Part shown: positions 11,340 through 21,538 of the stretch, piece by piece
Numbering within the stretch: position 1 is the stretch's first letter
Layout of the letters: each line of letters starts with the position of its first letter
Source of the DNA: an uncultured Ruminococcus sp.
Lineage (GTDB): Bacteria; Bacillota; Clostridia; Oscillospirales; Ruminococcaceae
Direction: 5' to 3'
Length of the DNA stretch: 64,000 nucleotides
NCBI GenBank assembly: GCA_947624255.1
Contig: CANQJO010000003.1
Span: 32,852 to 96,851 of the forward strand
Translations under genes and position numbers: made by a program
Notes under the pieces: model-generated
What the model saw: the letters and a program-made list of their open reading frames with translations, nothing else
What the model was told of the DNA's origin: nothing
The model's database searches: none

Positions 11340-12134
11340 ATGAAGGTCACTCTTATCTCTCACACTCCCGATCCCGAAAAGCTCGCAGCTACTGCCGCAA
11401 AGCTCTGCTATTCCTCTGCCGGGATCTCTTCGCTCAGGGAGGGACTCACCTACGACAAAACCGAAAGCTATATAGATATGCTCGTTTCTATCGGACACGA
11501 AAGCGTCATGGAGCACGTGAGCTTCACTTTCGGCATTGAGGGCATATCACGTGCCTGCTCTCATCAGCTCGTCCGCCACAGGATCGCCTCATACTCTCAG
11601 AAAAGTCAGCGATATGTGAATGAAAATGCCTTTGAGTACGTCACTCCGCCCGAAATAGAGGCTATCCCCGCAGCAAAAGCCGAGTATGACCGTATCATGA
11701 GAGAGATCACCGGAAGCTATGAAATGATCGCCGATCTGCTCACGGAAACTCATAAGGAGAAAATGCTCTCTGACGGCATTAACGCTGATACGGCAGCTTC
11801 AAAGGCAAGAAAGCTTGCTAACGAAGACGCTCGCTTTGTTCTTCCGAACGCCTGCGAGACAAAGATAGTCGTTACTATGAATGTCCGCTCGCTCTTTAAT
11901 TTTTTCCGTCACCGCTGCTGTAACCGTGCTCAATGGGAGATACGTGAGGTCGCCTGCGAAATGCTCAGGCTGTGCCTTAAAGAAGCTCCGCATATTTTCA
12001 GACACGCCGGTCCGTCATGCTATGTTACCGGAAAATGCCCGGAGGGAAAAATGTCCTGCGGAAAAATAAAGGAAGTAACGGAACGTTTCGGCAATTTTAT
12101 GAATGATGCCGCAGCAGAACGTTCTGACCAATAA
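11340..12134 (+). CDS. thyX: FAD-dependent thymidylate synthase
   Basis: GHESVMEH, GISRACSHQLVRHRIASYSQKSQRY, EDARFVLPN, AQWEIR. Confidence 0.97.
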   Translation: MKVTLISHTPDPEKLAATAAKLCYSSAGISSLREGLTYDKTESYIDMLVSIGHESVMEHVSFTFGIEGISRACSHQLVRHRIASYSQKSQRYVNENAFEYVTPPEIEAIPAAKAEYDRIMREITGSYEMIADLLTETHKEKMLSDGINADTAASKARKLANEDARFVLPNACETKIVVTMNVRSLFNFFRHRCCNRAQWEIREVACEMLRLCLKEAPHIFRHAGPSCYVTGKCPEGKMSCGKIKEVTERFGNFMNDAAAERSDQ

Positions 12135-12157
12135 ATTTTTATGAAAGGAATTTCACT

Positions 12158-12700
12158 ATGATCTACGTTTATCTCGCAGAAGGCTTTGAAGAAACGGAAG
12201 CTGTCGCTCCCATTGATATGCTCAGACGCAGCGGAAAGGAGGTCATTACCGTCGGCGTCGGAGACAGCATCATCAAAAGCTCTCACGGCGTTCCCGTTGT
12301 TGCCGATATCATAGCTCAGGAGGCTGTTCTCAGCAATGAAACGGAGATGATCGTACTCCCCGGCGGTATGCCCGGAACTCTTAATCTTGAAAAGTCTGAA
12401 TACGTTCAGGCGGCAATAGATCACTGTGTCAGCAATAATATCCCGATCGGTGCTATCTGTGCAGCACCGTCCATACTCGGTCACAAGGGACTTCTCAGAG
12501 GCAGGAACGCCGTTTGCTACGAGGGCTTTGAGGCTCAGCTTGAAGGCGCAAATGTATTGGATATCCCCGTTGCGGAGGACGGCATCTTCATCACCGCAAG
12601 AGGTGCGGGCGTTGCTGTTGAATTCGGTCTTAAACTCGTTGAAAGAGCTGTATCAAAGGCTGAGTCCGACAGACTTCGTGCAGCTATAATGTGCGTCTGA
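12158..12700 (+). CDS. DJ-1/PfpI family protein (YajL/ThiJ-like)
   Basis: AEGFEETEAV, VLPGGMPGT, AICAAP, ITARGAG. Confidence 0.92.
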   Translation: MIYVYLAEGFEETEAVAPIDMLRRSGKEVITVGVGDSIIKSSHGVPVVADIIAQEAVLSNETEMIVLPGGMPGTLNLEKSEYVQAAIDHCVSNNIPIGAICAAPSILGHKGLLRGRNAVCYEGFEAQLEGANVLDIPVAEDGIFITARGAGVAVEFGLKLVERAVSKAESDRLRAAIMCV

Positions 12701-12701
12701 T

Positions 12702-13265
12702 ATGGAGGATAAAAATACTCTCAGGAGGTTTTACTCACATATACGTGAAAATATCCCCGACAGATCCGGCAGAGACAGGCTGATTGTCAGGAATATCCTT
12801 GAGCTGAAAAAATTCTCGGAAGCCGATACCGTACTGCTGTATGCTTCTTTCCGCTCCGAGCCCGATACCGCCGAGCTTACTCGTATTCTTTTGAAAAGTG
12901 GCATAAGACCTGCTTTTCCGAAATGCTTTGAGAACTCGGATATGAAATTTTTCCACATATGCTCTCCTGATGATCTTGTTCCCGGAAAATTCGGCATTTC
13001 AGAGCCGTCTGAAAGCTGTCGGGAGGCTGTTTATACGGACAGAACGGTCTGCATCGTTCCCGGACTTGCTTTCACCGAGCTCGGCGGCAGACTGGGTCAC
13101 GGAGGCGGCTTTTATGATCGTTTCCTCCAAAAAAACAGTGGGATCTTCACTATAGCTCCGGTCTATGAAGCGCTTATTGCACAGGAGCTGCCGCTTCTGG
13201 AGCATGATATTAAAATGGATATGATCGTAACCGAAGAAAGGAAGGTATCATGCGATGAGCAATAA
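12702..13265 (+). CDS. 5-formyltetrahydrofolate cyclo-ligase
   Basis: IVPGLAF...GRLGHGGGFYDRFL, HDIKMDMIVTE. Confidence 0.93.
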   Translation: MEDKNTLRRFYSHIRENIPDRSGRDRLIVRNILELKKFSEADTVLLYASFRSEPDTAELTRILLKSGIRPAFPKCFENSDMKFFHICSPDDLVPGKFGISEPSESCREAVYTDRTVCIVPGLAFTELGGRLGHGGGFYDRFLQKNSGIFTIAPVYEALIAQELPLLEHDIKMDMIVTEERKVSCDEQ

Positions 13266-14646
13266 TGATGACCTTGTAAATAATATACTCCGTGAGCTTG
13301 ATAACGCTCCGAAAGAAACTCCTCCGGCGGAAACTCCTCCCGTGGAAAAGCCCTCCGGTAAGGAGGGCGGCACCGCCGAAAAAAGCACTCACACAGAGGA
13401 AACTCCGCATGAGGAAAAACGTACACCCCGGAATAATGCCCCTCTGAGAAATACTCCGCAGCAAAATGACCGCAAGCCGGAGAGAGCGTATCCTACTCCG
13501 GTGAGAGAAAATAACTCTGCACCGCCAAGAAGAAAAAAGAAAAAGAAAAAAAGAAGCCGTCTGCCGGGAGTGCTTATCCTGACCACATTCATTTTTGCCG
13601 TATCCATATGCCTTTCAATGGTGATAATCGCATTCGGCAAGGATATGCTTGGTATAGGCAAAAGTGAAAAAACCGTCCCCTTTGTCATAAGAGAGGGCGC
13701 TACTACTCAGGAGATCGCAGATCAGCTGAAGGACGATGGGATCATAAGGTCTCCTAAATTCTTCGTGCTGTTTTCAAGGCTGAGGAAATCAGATGCGGCA
13801 TATATCGCAGGAGAGCATTACCTGCGCCCGAATATGGCATATGAAACAATAATCAGCAACCTTACCACAGCAGAGGATATAGTCGGCGAATCCGTTGAGG
13901 TGACGTTCCCGGAGGGCATCACGCTCTATGATGCGGCAGATATTCTCCAAGAGAATAATGTCTGCTCAGCCGAAGACTTCATTTTCTACTTCAATTCGGG
14001 CGACTACGGCTTCGATTTTGAGAGTCGTCTGCCCACTGATTACTCGCTTAAATTCTGCCGTATGGAGGGCTACTGCTTCCCTGATACGTACATCTTTACC
14101 GAGGGAATGGATCCCGAACAGGTCTGCATGAAGATATACTCCAACTTCAACAGCAAAATGGAGGAAAACGACCGCTATGAAAAGCTGGCGAAAAGAGGAG
14201 TATCTCTTGACGAGCTTATCACTCTTGCATCTATAGTGCAGAAAGAGGCTGCGACCGTCGATGTCATGAATGCCGTTGCATCGGTATTCTGGAACAGACT
14301 TGAACACAGCGATGAGTTCCCGCTCCTCCAGTCAGACCCGACTACGAATTATGCGCAGAACGTTATCAAACCGCACCTTGAAGTCGTCAACAAGACAATG
14401 GTCGATGCCTACGACACCTACGTCGGCGCAGGACTGCCGCCCGGAGCTATATGTAATCCCGGCACAGATGCTATTGATGCCGTTCTTGATGCCGTTGATA
14501 CACCGTTCTTCTACTTTATCGCAAATACCTACACCGGCGAAACAATGTTCGCTGAAACTCTTGAACAGCATGAAGCAAATCAGGCTCTGATAGAACAGCA
14601 AATGGCTGAATACGAAGCTGCTCAGCAGGAGGAACAAAATGAATAA
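13255..14646 (+). CDS. mltG: Endolytic transglycosylase MltG
   Basis: One TM helix after a poly-Lys stretch, VTFPEG, EGYCFPDTY, LASIVQKEA, LQSDPT, GLPPGAICNPG. Confidence 0.93.
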   Translation: MSNNDDLVNNILRELDNAPKETPPAETPPVEKPSGKEGGTAEKSTHTEETPHEEKRTPRNNAPLRNTPQQNDRKPERAYPTPVRENNSAPPRRKKKKKKRSRLPGVLILTTFIFAVSICLSMVIIAFGKDMLGIGKSEKTVPFVIREGATTQEIADQLKDDGIIRSPKFFVLFSRLRKSDAAYIAGEHYLRPNMAYETIISNLTTAEDIVGESVEVTFPEGITLYDAADILQENNVCSAEDFIFYFNSGDYGFDFESRLPTDYSLKFCRMEGYCFPDTYIFTEGMDPEQVCMKIYSNFNSKMEENDRYEKLAKRGVSLDELITLASIVQKEAATVDVMNAVASVFWNRLEHSDEFPLLQSDPTTNYAQNVIKPHLEVVNKTMVDAYDTYVGAGLPPGAICNPGTDAIDAVLDAVDTPFFYFIANTYTGETMFAETLEQHEANQALIEQQMAEYEAAQQEEQNE

Positions 14647-15856
14647 GCCGGAACTCCTTTCTCCTGCCGGAGATGCCGAACGCCTTGAAGCAGCTCTCAA
14701 TTATGGTGCTGATGCCGTATATCTGGGACGAAAACAATTCGGTATGCGTGCATCGCCGGAAAATTTCACGAAGGAGCAGCTTGTCACGGCTGTGAAAGCG
14801 GCTCATGCAAAGGGAGTCAAGGTCTACCTGACGTGTAATACTCTCCCCAGAAATAACGAGCTCCCCGGCTTTGAGGGATTCGTCAGAGAGGCTGAGGAGG
14901 CAGGCATAGATGCTCTGATCGTGGCTGATATCGGTCTTCTGATGATGATAAAGCGCATCGCTCCGGATATGGAAATACATATCTCCACACAGACCGGTAT
15001 CGTCAACTATGCCGCTGCAAGAGAGCTTTTCGATATGGGCGCAAAAAGAGTCGTCCTTGCAAGAGAGCTTTCTCTTGATGAAATTGCTGAAATACGTGCC
15101 AAAACAAGCCCTGAGCTTGACATTGAGGCATTCGTACACGGAGCTATGTGCGTCTCCTTTTCGGGAAGATGCCTGCTCTCACAGTATCTTGTGAACCGTG
15201 ATGCGAACCGTGGTGAGTGCGCTCAGCCGTGCCGGTGGGGATATCATCTCATGGAGGAAAAGCGTCCGGGAGAGTTTTTTCCCGTTTTCGAGGACAGCTC
15301 CGGAACGTATATTCTCAACTCCAAGGATATGTGCATGATCGAACATATAGATAAGCTTGCCGCCGCCGGGATCACGAGCTTTAAGATCGAGGGACGTGCA
15401 AAATCCGCCTACTATGTGGCAGTTGTGACCAACGCCTACAGAATGGCTATTGATGAATTTTTACGCTCCGGCGGTGATTTCAGACTGCCTGACCGGATAC
15501 GTGACGAGGTCTTCAAGGTAAGCCACAGGAAGTATTGTACCGGCTTTTACTTCGGAACGCCTCCTGATTCGCAGTATTATGAAAACAGCGGTTATATACG
15601 CAATTATGACGTTGTTGCCGTGGTGGAGGAATGCCGCAGCGGAATGGTGTACTGCACCCAGCGGAACAGATTTTTCGCCGGAGATACCGTGGAGCTTATT
15701 TCACCCTCGCAAATGCCGACTGTCATGACACTCAATGAGCTTTTCAACGAAGATGGAGAGCCTATTACAACTGCCAATCATGCAATGATGAAGTTTTCGT
15801 TCAGATCGGATAAGGTATTTCCTTCCGGAACATTCATCAGAAAAGAAAATCCGTAA
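14639..15856 (+). CDS. Peptidase U32 family protein (TrhP-like, tRNA hydroxylation)
   Basis: KPELLSPAG, GADAVYLG, FVHGAMCVSFSGRC, NRGECAQPCRW, SFKIEGR. Confidence 0.9.
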   Translation: MNKPELLSPAGDAERLEAALNYGADAVYLGRKQFGMRASPENFTKEQLVTAVKAAHAKGVKVYLTCNTLPRNNELPGFEGFVREAEEAGIDALIVADIGLLMMIKRIAPDMEIHISTQTGIVNYAAARELFDMGAKRVVLARELSLDEIAEIRAKTSPELDIEAFVHGAMCVSFSGRCLLSQYLVNRDANRGECAQPCRWGYHLMEEKRPGEFFPVFEDSSGTYILNSKDMCMIEHIDKLAAAGITSFKIEGRAKSAYYVAVVTNAYRMAIDEFLRSGGDFRLPDRIRDEVFKVSHRKYCTGFYFGTPPDSQYYENSGYIRNYDVVAVVEECRSGMVYCTQRNRFFAGDTVELISPSQMPTVMTLNELFNEDGEPITTANHAMMKFSFRSDKVFPSGTFIRKENP

Positions 15857-15869
15857 TATAATAATACAA

Positions 15870-15893
15870 AAACGCCGCTTGACAGCGGCGTTT
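15870..15893. terminator. Bidirectional intrinsic terminator
   Basis: aaacgccgct-tgac-agcggcgttt between convergent genes. Confidence 0.85.
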
Positions 15894-15895
15894 GT

Positions 15896-16729
15896 TCATT
15901 CACTGTATTTTTCACGGAGAAAGGCTATCTCACGTGCATATCCGTCAATATCATTGGGAGTCTCCAATATCATCGGAAGACCTCTCAGCGCAGGATGCAG
16001 CATCACCCTGACAAGAGCCTCCGCACCGATATGCCCCTCTCCTATTTTTGCGTGTCTGTCCTTATGCGCTCCGAGGGGATTCATGCTGTCATTGAGGTGT
16101 ATCGCTTTCAGCCGGTCAAGTCCTATGACCTTATCGAACTCCTCCAGTACGCCGTCAAGATTGCTGACGATATCATATCCGCCGTCCCAGACGTGACAGG
16201 TGTCAAGGCACACTCCGAGGACATTGTCATGCTCAGTCAGATCAATTATCCGGCGAAGCTCTTCAAAGCGGCTGCCTATCTCAGAGCCTTTTCCCGCCAT
16301 AGTTTCAAGAAGAACGGCAGTCGTTTCATCTCCCGTAAGAACGGAGTTAAGCTGTTCGGCGATAAGATCTATTCCCTGATCTATGCCCTGTCCCACATGA
16401 CAGCCGGGATGAAAATTGTAGTAATTTCCGGGAACTGCCTCCATTCTGCGGAGATCATCCGCAAGTGTGTCATGTGCAAACTGACGTATTTTCTTATCAG
16501 ATGCACAGCAATTCATGGTATATGGAGCGTGAGCAACTATTCTGCCGAAGCCTTTTTCATCAGCGAACTCGTGAAACCGCTTTATATCGTCCGAATTCAG
16601 CTCTTTAGCAGAACCTCCTCTCGGATTTCTCGTGAAAAAAGCGAATGTATTTGCATCAATAGCTGCCGCTTGTTCAGCCATTGCCCTATATCCCTTTGAT
16701 GATGAAAGATGACATCCGATGTAAAGCAT
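15896..16729 (-). CDS. nfo: Endonuclease IV
   Basis: FTRNPRG, VAHAPY, NFHPG, LLETMAGKGSEIG, CLDTCH, HLNDS, DRHAKIGEG, LETP. Confidence 0.96.
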   Translation of the reverse strand: MLYIGCHLSSSKGYRAMAEQAAAIDANTFAFFTRNPRGGSAKELNSDDIKRFHEFADEKGFGRIVAHAPYTMNCCASDKKIRQFAHDTLADDLRRMEAVPGNYYNFHPGCHVGQGIDQGIDLIAEQLNSVLTGDETTAVLLETMAGKGSEIGSRFEELRRIIDLTEHDNVLGVCLDTCHVWDGGYDIVSNLDGVLEEFDKVIGLDRLKAIHLNDSMNPLGAHKDRHAKIGEGHIGAEALVRVMLHPALRGLPMILETPNDIDGYAREIAFLREKYSE

Positions 16730-16742
16730 AAACTCCTCCGTG

Positions 16743-17213
16743 TCAGACGATAGTGACCTTCTTCATGATCTGCGGCTTAACGGGCTTATCGCTGTGATCA
16801 GTGGGAGTTTCTGCGATCTCGTCAACGACATCCATTCCGTCGATCACCTTTCCGAACGCAGCATACTGTCCGTCAAGATGAGGAGCGTCCTCATGCATGA
16901 TGAAGAACTGCGAACCCGCCGAATCGGGAGCCATTGCTCTTGCCATTGACAGCACGCCTCTTGTGTGTTTCAGATCGTTTTTCACGCCGTTTGCGGCAAA
17001 CTCTCCCTTGATATTCCAGCCGGGACCGCCTGTGCCGTTTCCTTTGGGACAGCCTCCCTGTATCATAAAACCGGGGATAATTCTGTGGAATGTAAGACCG
17101 TCATAAAAGCCGCTTTTCACCAGCTTTTCAAAATTCGCACATGAGATGGGAGCAATATCGGGATAAAGCTCGATGCTTATTTTTTTTCCGTTTTCCATTT
17201 CGATTATAACCAT
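16743..17213 (-). CDS. Cyclophilin-type peptidyl-prolyl isomerase
   Basis: FYDGLTFHRIIPGFMIQGG, LSMARA, SAGSQFFI, LDGQYAAFG. Confidence 0.96.
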   Translation of the reverse strand: MVIIEMENGKKISIELYPDIAPISCANFEKLVKSGFYDGLTFHRIIPGFMIQGGCPKGNGTGGPGWNIKGEFAANGVKNDLKHTRGVLSMARAMAPDSAGSQFFIMHEDAPHLDGQYAAFGKVIDGMDVVDEIAETPTDHSDKPVKPQIMKKVTIV

Positions 17214-17225
17214 TTTTTACCTCCG

Positions 17226-17834
17226 TTAGCCTATTGTGATATGCAATGTTCCGGGAGTTTCGCTGCCGGGCTGCTCTTCATCAGCGGGCTGAGTTTTGCT
17301 TGGATGATCCTCCTCATACTGCTCAAGAACACTCTTTTTTGAAGTGGTCTGAGATGTCGTCTGCTGCGGAGCTTCTCCCTGCGGGATCGTTACGTACTCA
17401 GTTGCGGTAACTCTTCCGAGGATATCCGTCACATACTCGATCATTGTGGGAGCTTCTGTAGTTACCTCGACATATTTTGTTCCCACGACTCGTCCGAGAG
17501 TATCGGTTGCATATTCGATCTCCGTTACCGGCTGAGGAGCAGTCGGCTCAGCAGGCTTAGTGCCGATAACTCGTCCGAGAATATCGGTGACATACTCTAT
17601 CTGAGGGGAGGGTGACTGTTCATCAGAGCTTTCATCGCCGGCGACAGTATCGTTGACGGGAGCGTTCGTGATTTCCGAAGAGGTGTTATTATTCTCGCTG
17701 AGCGTGGCAGATGAGGTCGTTTTGTTTTTCCGGTTAGCATTTTCAATGCTTGCGGTACATGATCTGCCTGCGATTATAACAAGCAATGCCGCAAAAAGAG
17801 CTATTACCATTGCGATGATCTTCTGATTTTCCAA
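17226..17834 (-). CDS. Membrane-anchored Thr/Pro-rich protein with three IEYxTDxLGRV repeats
   Basis: TTG 17834 after ggagggggg; N-terminal TM helix; repeats visible in the translation. Confidence 0.7.
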   Translation of the reverse strand: MENQKIIAMVIALFAALLVIIAGRSCTASIENANRKNKTTSSATLSENNNTSSEITNAPVNDTVAGDESSDEQSPSPQIEYVTDILGRVIGTKPAEPTAPQPVTEIEYATDTLGRVVGTKYVEVTTEAPTMIEYVTDILGRVTATEYVTIPQGEAPQQTTSQTTSKKSVLEQYEEDHPSKTQPADEEQPGSETPGTLHITIG

Positions 17835-17976
17835 GAGCTCTCCCCCCTCCTGACCGGTTTGCAAATATATTATAACCCTTTTTTCAGCTTTTGTCAACAG
17901 CTTTGCAGAGCGGCATCAGGATCTCCCGATAATTATATACAGCAAAAAATATCTGAAAAAAATTTCCCTCAGACTA

Positions 17977-18005
17977 TAGACAAACAGAAAAAATTGTAGT
18001 ATAAT
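17977..18005 (+). promoter_or_regulatory. Sigma-A promoter
   Basis: TAGACA-17-TATAAT. Confidence 0.55.
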
Positions 18006-18109
18006 GAGTTATATGTGACAAGTGCTGACATCGGGCAGCAAGATAAATGATGTTTGTTTCATACAAAACATCCGGAATAGTATAGATATAAAAATTGGAG
18101 GAATTTTCA

Positions 18110-19357
18110 ATGAAATGCTTTAAGAAGTTCGCTGCGGCTGTTTCAGCGGCAGTGCTGGCAGTAACTGCATCAGGATGCAGCGCTCCCGGAGCTTTGACAT
18201 TCGGCAGCAGCACAAAGAATGCCGTGACCATAGACGGCTATGAAGTCAGGGCAGGCGTATTTATCTATAATGAAATGAATGCCTATAGTGAGGCTGCTTA
18301 TGAGATCTACTCTCAGACACAGGAGTATCCTGCTCTTGATGATATCAAGAAAGCAACGATCGACAGTGTGACCTCAACAGACTGGATACAGAACAAGGCG
18401 ACCGAGTATTGCAGAAATTTCGTTGCCGTTGAAAAAGAATTCGACAAGGTCGGATTACAGCTCTCCGCCGAAGAGCTGAGCGAGATCGACGAGGTAGTCG
18501 AAAGCACCGCCTCTGATGAGACTCTGAAGAAAAACGGTATCGGAAAGGATTCGATATACGATATTTGTGCGAATTCTTATAAGCAGAGCGCTCTTTTCAA
18601 GCATTATTACGGCATAGACGGAGTGTACGGCTGCTCAGAGGACGACCTCAAACAATATTTCATCGACAACACCGCAAGAATAAAATATTTCTCCGTAAGT
18701 CTGGCTGATCCGGAGGGTGAGGCTCTCGGCGAAGATGAAAAGAGAGATCTCGAAAACGAGGTCAAGAAGTACGTTGAGGAGATCAACAAGGAGAGCAGCA
18801 CTCTCGACAAAATGTACAAGCTTGACGAAATGAAAGAGGAATACAACGATTACGTTGAGGCACATACGACCACTACTACCGACACGGGAACAACGACTAC
18901 TACAACCACCACAACAACGACCACTACGTCAGGCGAAACGACCACCACTACCACCGATCCTTACGCAAACGAAGTCACGGTGACAAAATATACCACCACA
19001 ACTCCTGCGGTGGGGGATGCCGCCGTTGTGACAACTGCCGCCGAAACAGATGCTCAGAAAGCGGAAAAGGCGTTCAATGACAAGATCTTCGGCGAGGATA
19101 TGCCTGTCGGTGAGGCTGTCAGCTATCAGTATGATGACGATACGATCTATGTTGTGATAAAGGGCGACATAAAAGAGCGTATGACTGATGATGACCTGTG
19201 GAGCGAGGATATAAAGGATTCAACGCTTCAAAAACGTTATGCGCAGGACTTCACGGATATGATGAAATCGCTTGCCGATTCCTATACTGTGGAGCGCAAT
19301 AAAAAGGCATACAGGCGGTATGATCCGTTTGATCTTGACTACGGAACTTCTGCATGA
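18110..19357 (+). CDS. Lipoprotein of unknown function (possibly SurA/PrsA-like helical foldase) with poly-Thr insertion
   Basis: ATG after ggagg; lipobox ASGC; AVTIDGYEVRAGVFIY start resembles foldase N-domains (weak); Thr tract about 18870-18955. Confidence 0.65.
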   Translation: MKCFKKFAAAVSAAVLAVTASGCSAPGALTFGSSTKNAVTIDGYEVRAGVFIYNEMNAYSEAAYEIYSQTQEYPALDDIKKATIDSVTSTDWIQNKATEYCRNFVAVEKEFDKVGLQLSAEELSEIDEVVESTASDETLKKNGIGKDSIYDICANSYKQSALFKHYYGIDGVYGCSEDDLKQYFIDNTARIKYFSVSLADPEGEALGEDEKRDLENEVKKYVEEINKESSTLDKMYKLDEMKEEYNDYVEAHTTTTTDTGTTTTTTTTTTTTTSGETTTTTTDPYANEVTVTKYTTTTPAVGDAAVVTTAAETDAQKAEKAFNDKIFGEDMPVGEAVSYQYDDDTIYVVIKGDIKERMTDDDLWSEDIKDSTLQKRYAQDFTDMMKSLADSYTVERNKKAYRRYDPFDLDYGTSA

Positions 19358-19365
19358 TAATATAA

Positions 19366-19393
19366 ATCCCCGGATCTTCTTCGATCCGGGGAT
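19366..19393. terminator. Bidirectional intrinsic terminator
   Basis: atccccggatc-ttcttc-gatccggggat followed by cttttcttt. Confidence 0.85.
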
Positions 19394-19408
19394 CTTTTCT
19401 TTCTATAG

Positions 19409-21271
19409 TCATTCTATCACTGCTATGCCGTACAATACAAAGGTCGTTGACGGATCCTGCATATTTATAGACACGTTCAATGTGCCTGACTGCTCCTGAT
19501 AATATCCGACATCACCATCAAGTCCTCCCCATGTCCACGGAAGATCGCTGCTCACGGGGTTTGTTTCTCCATTCACTGTTACGTTGACAGTTCCCATTGA
19601 TGCATTGGAATTCGACTGAAACAGCAGCATTATTCCTTTTCCCTCTACAGTAAAGCTGAGCGGATCGTTTCCGTTTTTGCTGAAAGTGAAACCGTTTTGC
19701 GAATACGAGGAATTATTCGTTCCGGAGCTCCATGAGCCTTTCGAGAGGTTCTGCATCTCTGCGACTGTCAGCAGTCTTGCGGTAGAATACTCCGCTCCGA
19801 ATACCGTACTGTTCGTTACGGTGTATTCCTCCGATGTATTCTCGCTGCGCAGAGCCTGACGATAATAATATCCGATACAATCCGCAATGAGCTTATGACC
19901 TCCGTCACCGGGGTGGATATTATCGCCGCTGCCGTAATCGCTCCATTTCAGCGTACCTGCGTTGATAGCGTTCATTACGGCATCTTTTCCGCTTATCAGA
20001 GGAAGATCGTAATTTTCAGCGATCTTCGCCATCCAGCTCTGACATGAGCCGCCCGATTCGGTACAAAGAGTAATAAGCACTACTGCCGGTCCATTCTCCT
20101 GTGAAAGACACTTCTTCACCAAGGATTCATACGATTTTTGGAAACGTGTGCCGTCCTGATCGTTTACCGCAAATTCAATGAAAATGATATCCGCATTTTT
20201 GGCGAATACATCATTATCTACACGGAGATTTCCGACAACGGACGATGTTCCTGCCATACCTGCGTTGATATAGTTGACGTTTCCGCCCGTACCGAAAGTG
20301 TCACTGAAATAATTGCACGAAAGATTTGCATAGCAATTGGCGTGTGTGCTCGATGAACCGCCTGCTGTTATAGAGCCGCCGAGGTAAGCGATATTCACCT
20401 GTTCACCGCTTTGCGCCTTTGATATTTTATCACGTATCCTCTTTGTATTTCCCACACGATAGAGGCTATCCTTGTACATTTGCAGCCTCTCGGGCGAAAC
20501 GTCCTCCTGATAATTATCCCAGTCACCGGATACATTATTTTCCGGCGGATCTGCGATCTGCTTTCTCAGGCGAACAAGATCAAAAGCATCTATCACCTCA
20601 TTTTTATCCATATCAGCTCCGATCTCACATTCATCAGACCTTGTGAGAAGATAATCACTGAGAGTTTTGATATCATCGCCGTTTACTTTAAGATCACCGT
20701 TTGCATCGCCTGTTTTTATCACCGTGGGCGAACCCGTGACCTTTACAAGATCAATATAAAAATCCGTGAGAGATTCTGTTGTTTCGATGTAAATAGAAAG
20801 ATCGGACGCTCCCTCCGGAACAGTGTATGAATCATTGGAAAGAACCGTCCATTCGCCGTTCGGCGCTGTTTCAAGAGAGATAGCATCATAGGCTGTTGTA
20901 CCTGTGCTGTCGGTATATTGGAGAGAGAATTTCATTTCAACAGGCTCGCCGCTCTCCTGATAAACGGCAGCAGATATGTTGTATTTCTCTCCTGCTTTCA
21001 TAAAAGATGAGGCATCTCTCGAAGCGCCGTTCCATGTTGCTGTTCTTCCGCTTACAAAGAGACTGCATTCATCGGAATATGCCTTATCGGATGTCCAACC
21101 GACAGTCGAACCTCCCCTCGCAGTAAAAGAATCGTTTGTTGTCTCGAATTCTGCCGTAAGCAGATTTGCAGCCGACACATATGCAGGCCGCTGAACGGCA
21201 GGCGAGATCGTAAAGGTCAAAACTGCCGCTGATATTGCTGCGATCCCTGTTCTTTTTTTGTATTTCATCAT
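19409..21271 (-). CDS. Secreted CBM22-dockerin-SGNH esterase
   Basis: Signal peptide; CBM22-like EFETTNDSFTARG..SLFVSGRTATWNG; dockerin GDANGDLKVNGDD...ADMDKNEVIDAFDL; SGNH blocks LGGSIT, NAGMAGT, EFAVND, DNIHP. Confidence 0.85.
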   Translation of the reverse strand: MMKYKKRTGIAAISAAVLTFTISPAVQRPAYVSAANLLTAEFETTNDSFTARGGSTVGWTSDKAYSDECSLFVSGRTATWNGASRDASSFMKAGEKYNISAAVYQESGEPVEMKFSLQYTDSTGTTAYDAISLETAPNGEWTVLSNDSYTVPEGASDLSIYIETTESLTDFYIDLVKVTGSPTVIKTGDANGDLKVNGDDIKTLSDYLLTRSDECEIGADMDKNEVIDAFDLVRLRKQIADPPENNVSGDWDNYQEDVSPERLQMYKDSLYRVGNTKRIRDKISKAQSGEQVNIAYLGGSITAGGSSSTHANCYANLSCNYFSDTFGTGGNVNYINAGMAGTSSVVGNLRVDNDVFAKNADIIFIEFAVNDQDGTRFQKSYESLVKKCLSQENGPAVVLITLCTESGGSCQSWMAKIAENYDLPLISGKDAVMNAINAGTLKWSDYGSGDNIHPGDGGHKLIADCIGYYYRQALRSENTSEEYTVTNSTVFGAEYSTARLLTVAEMQNLSKGSWSSGTNNSSYSQNGFTFSKNGNDPLSFTVEGKGIMLLFQSNSNASMGTVNVTVNGETNPVSSDLPWTWGGLDGDVGYYQEQSGTLNVSINMQDPSTTFVLYGIAVIE

Positions 21272-21459
21272 ATTACTCCTTTCACGCAAAATTTTCCTTA
21301 TATACATCATACAAAATATTCACGCAATTGTCAAGAAGAAATTTCAAAGAGATCGGCTTGCACGAGCAAATTTAACAAAAAAATAATAAAATCAATATCT
21401 TAAAATATTAAAATATTATTAGAATATGCGTTTTGTCCACCAAATGTTCATTTTATCCC

Positions 21460-21489
21460 TTGACATGATTTTGCTTTTAATGATAGAAT
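21460..21489 (+). promoter_or_regulatory. Sigma-A promoter of GH43 gene
   Basis: TTGACA-18-TAGAAT with a TG extended -10. Confidence 0.55.
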
Positions 21490-21538
21490 GTTATAAACTG
21501 TAAGTGACTTAATATATTCTTCTTAAAGGAGGGGTTCT

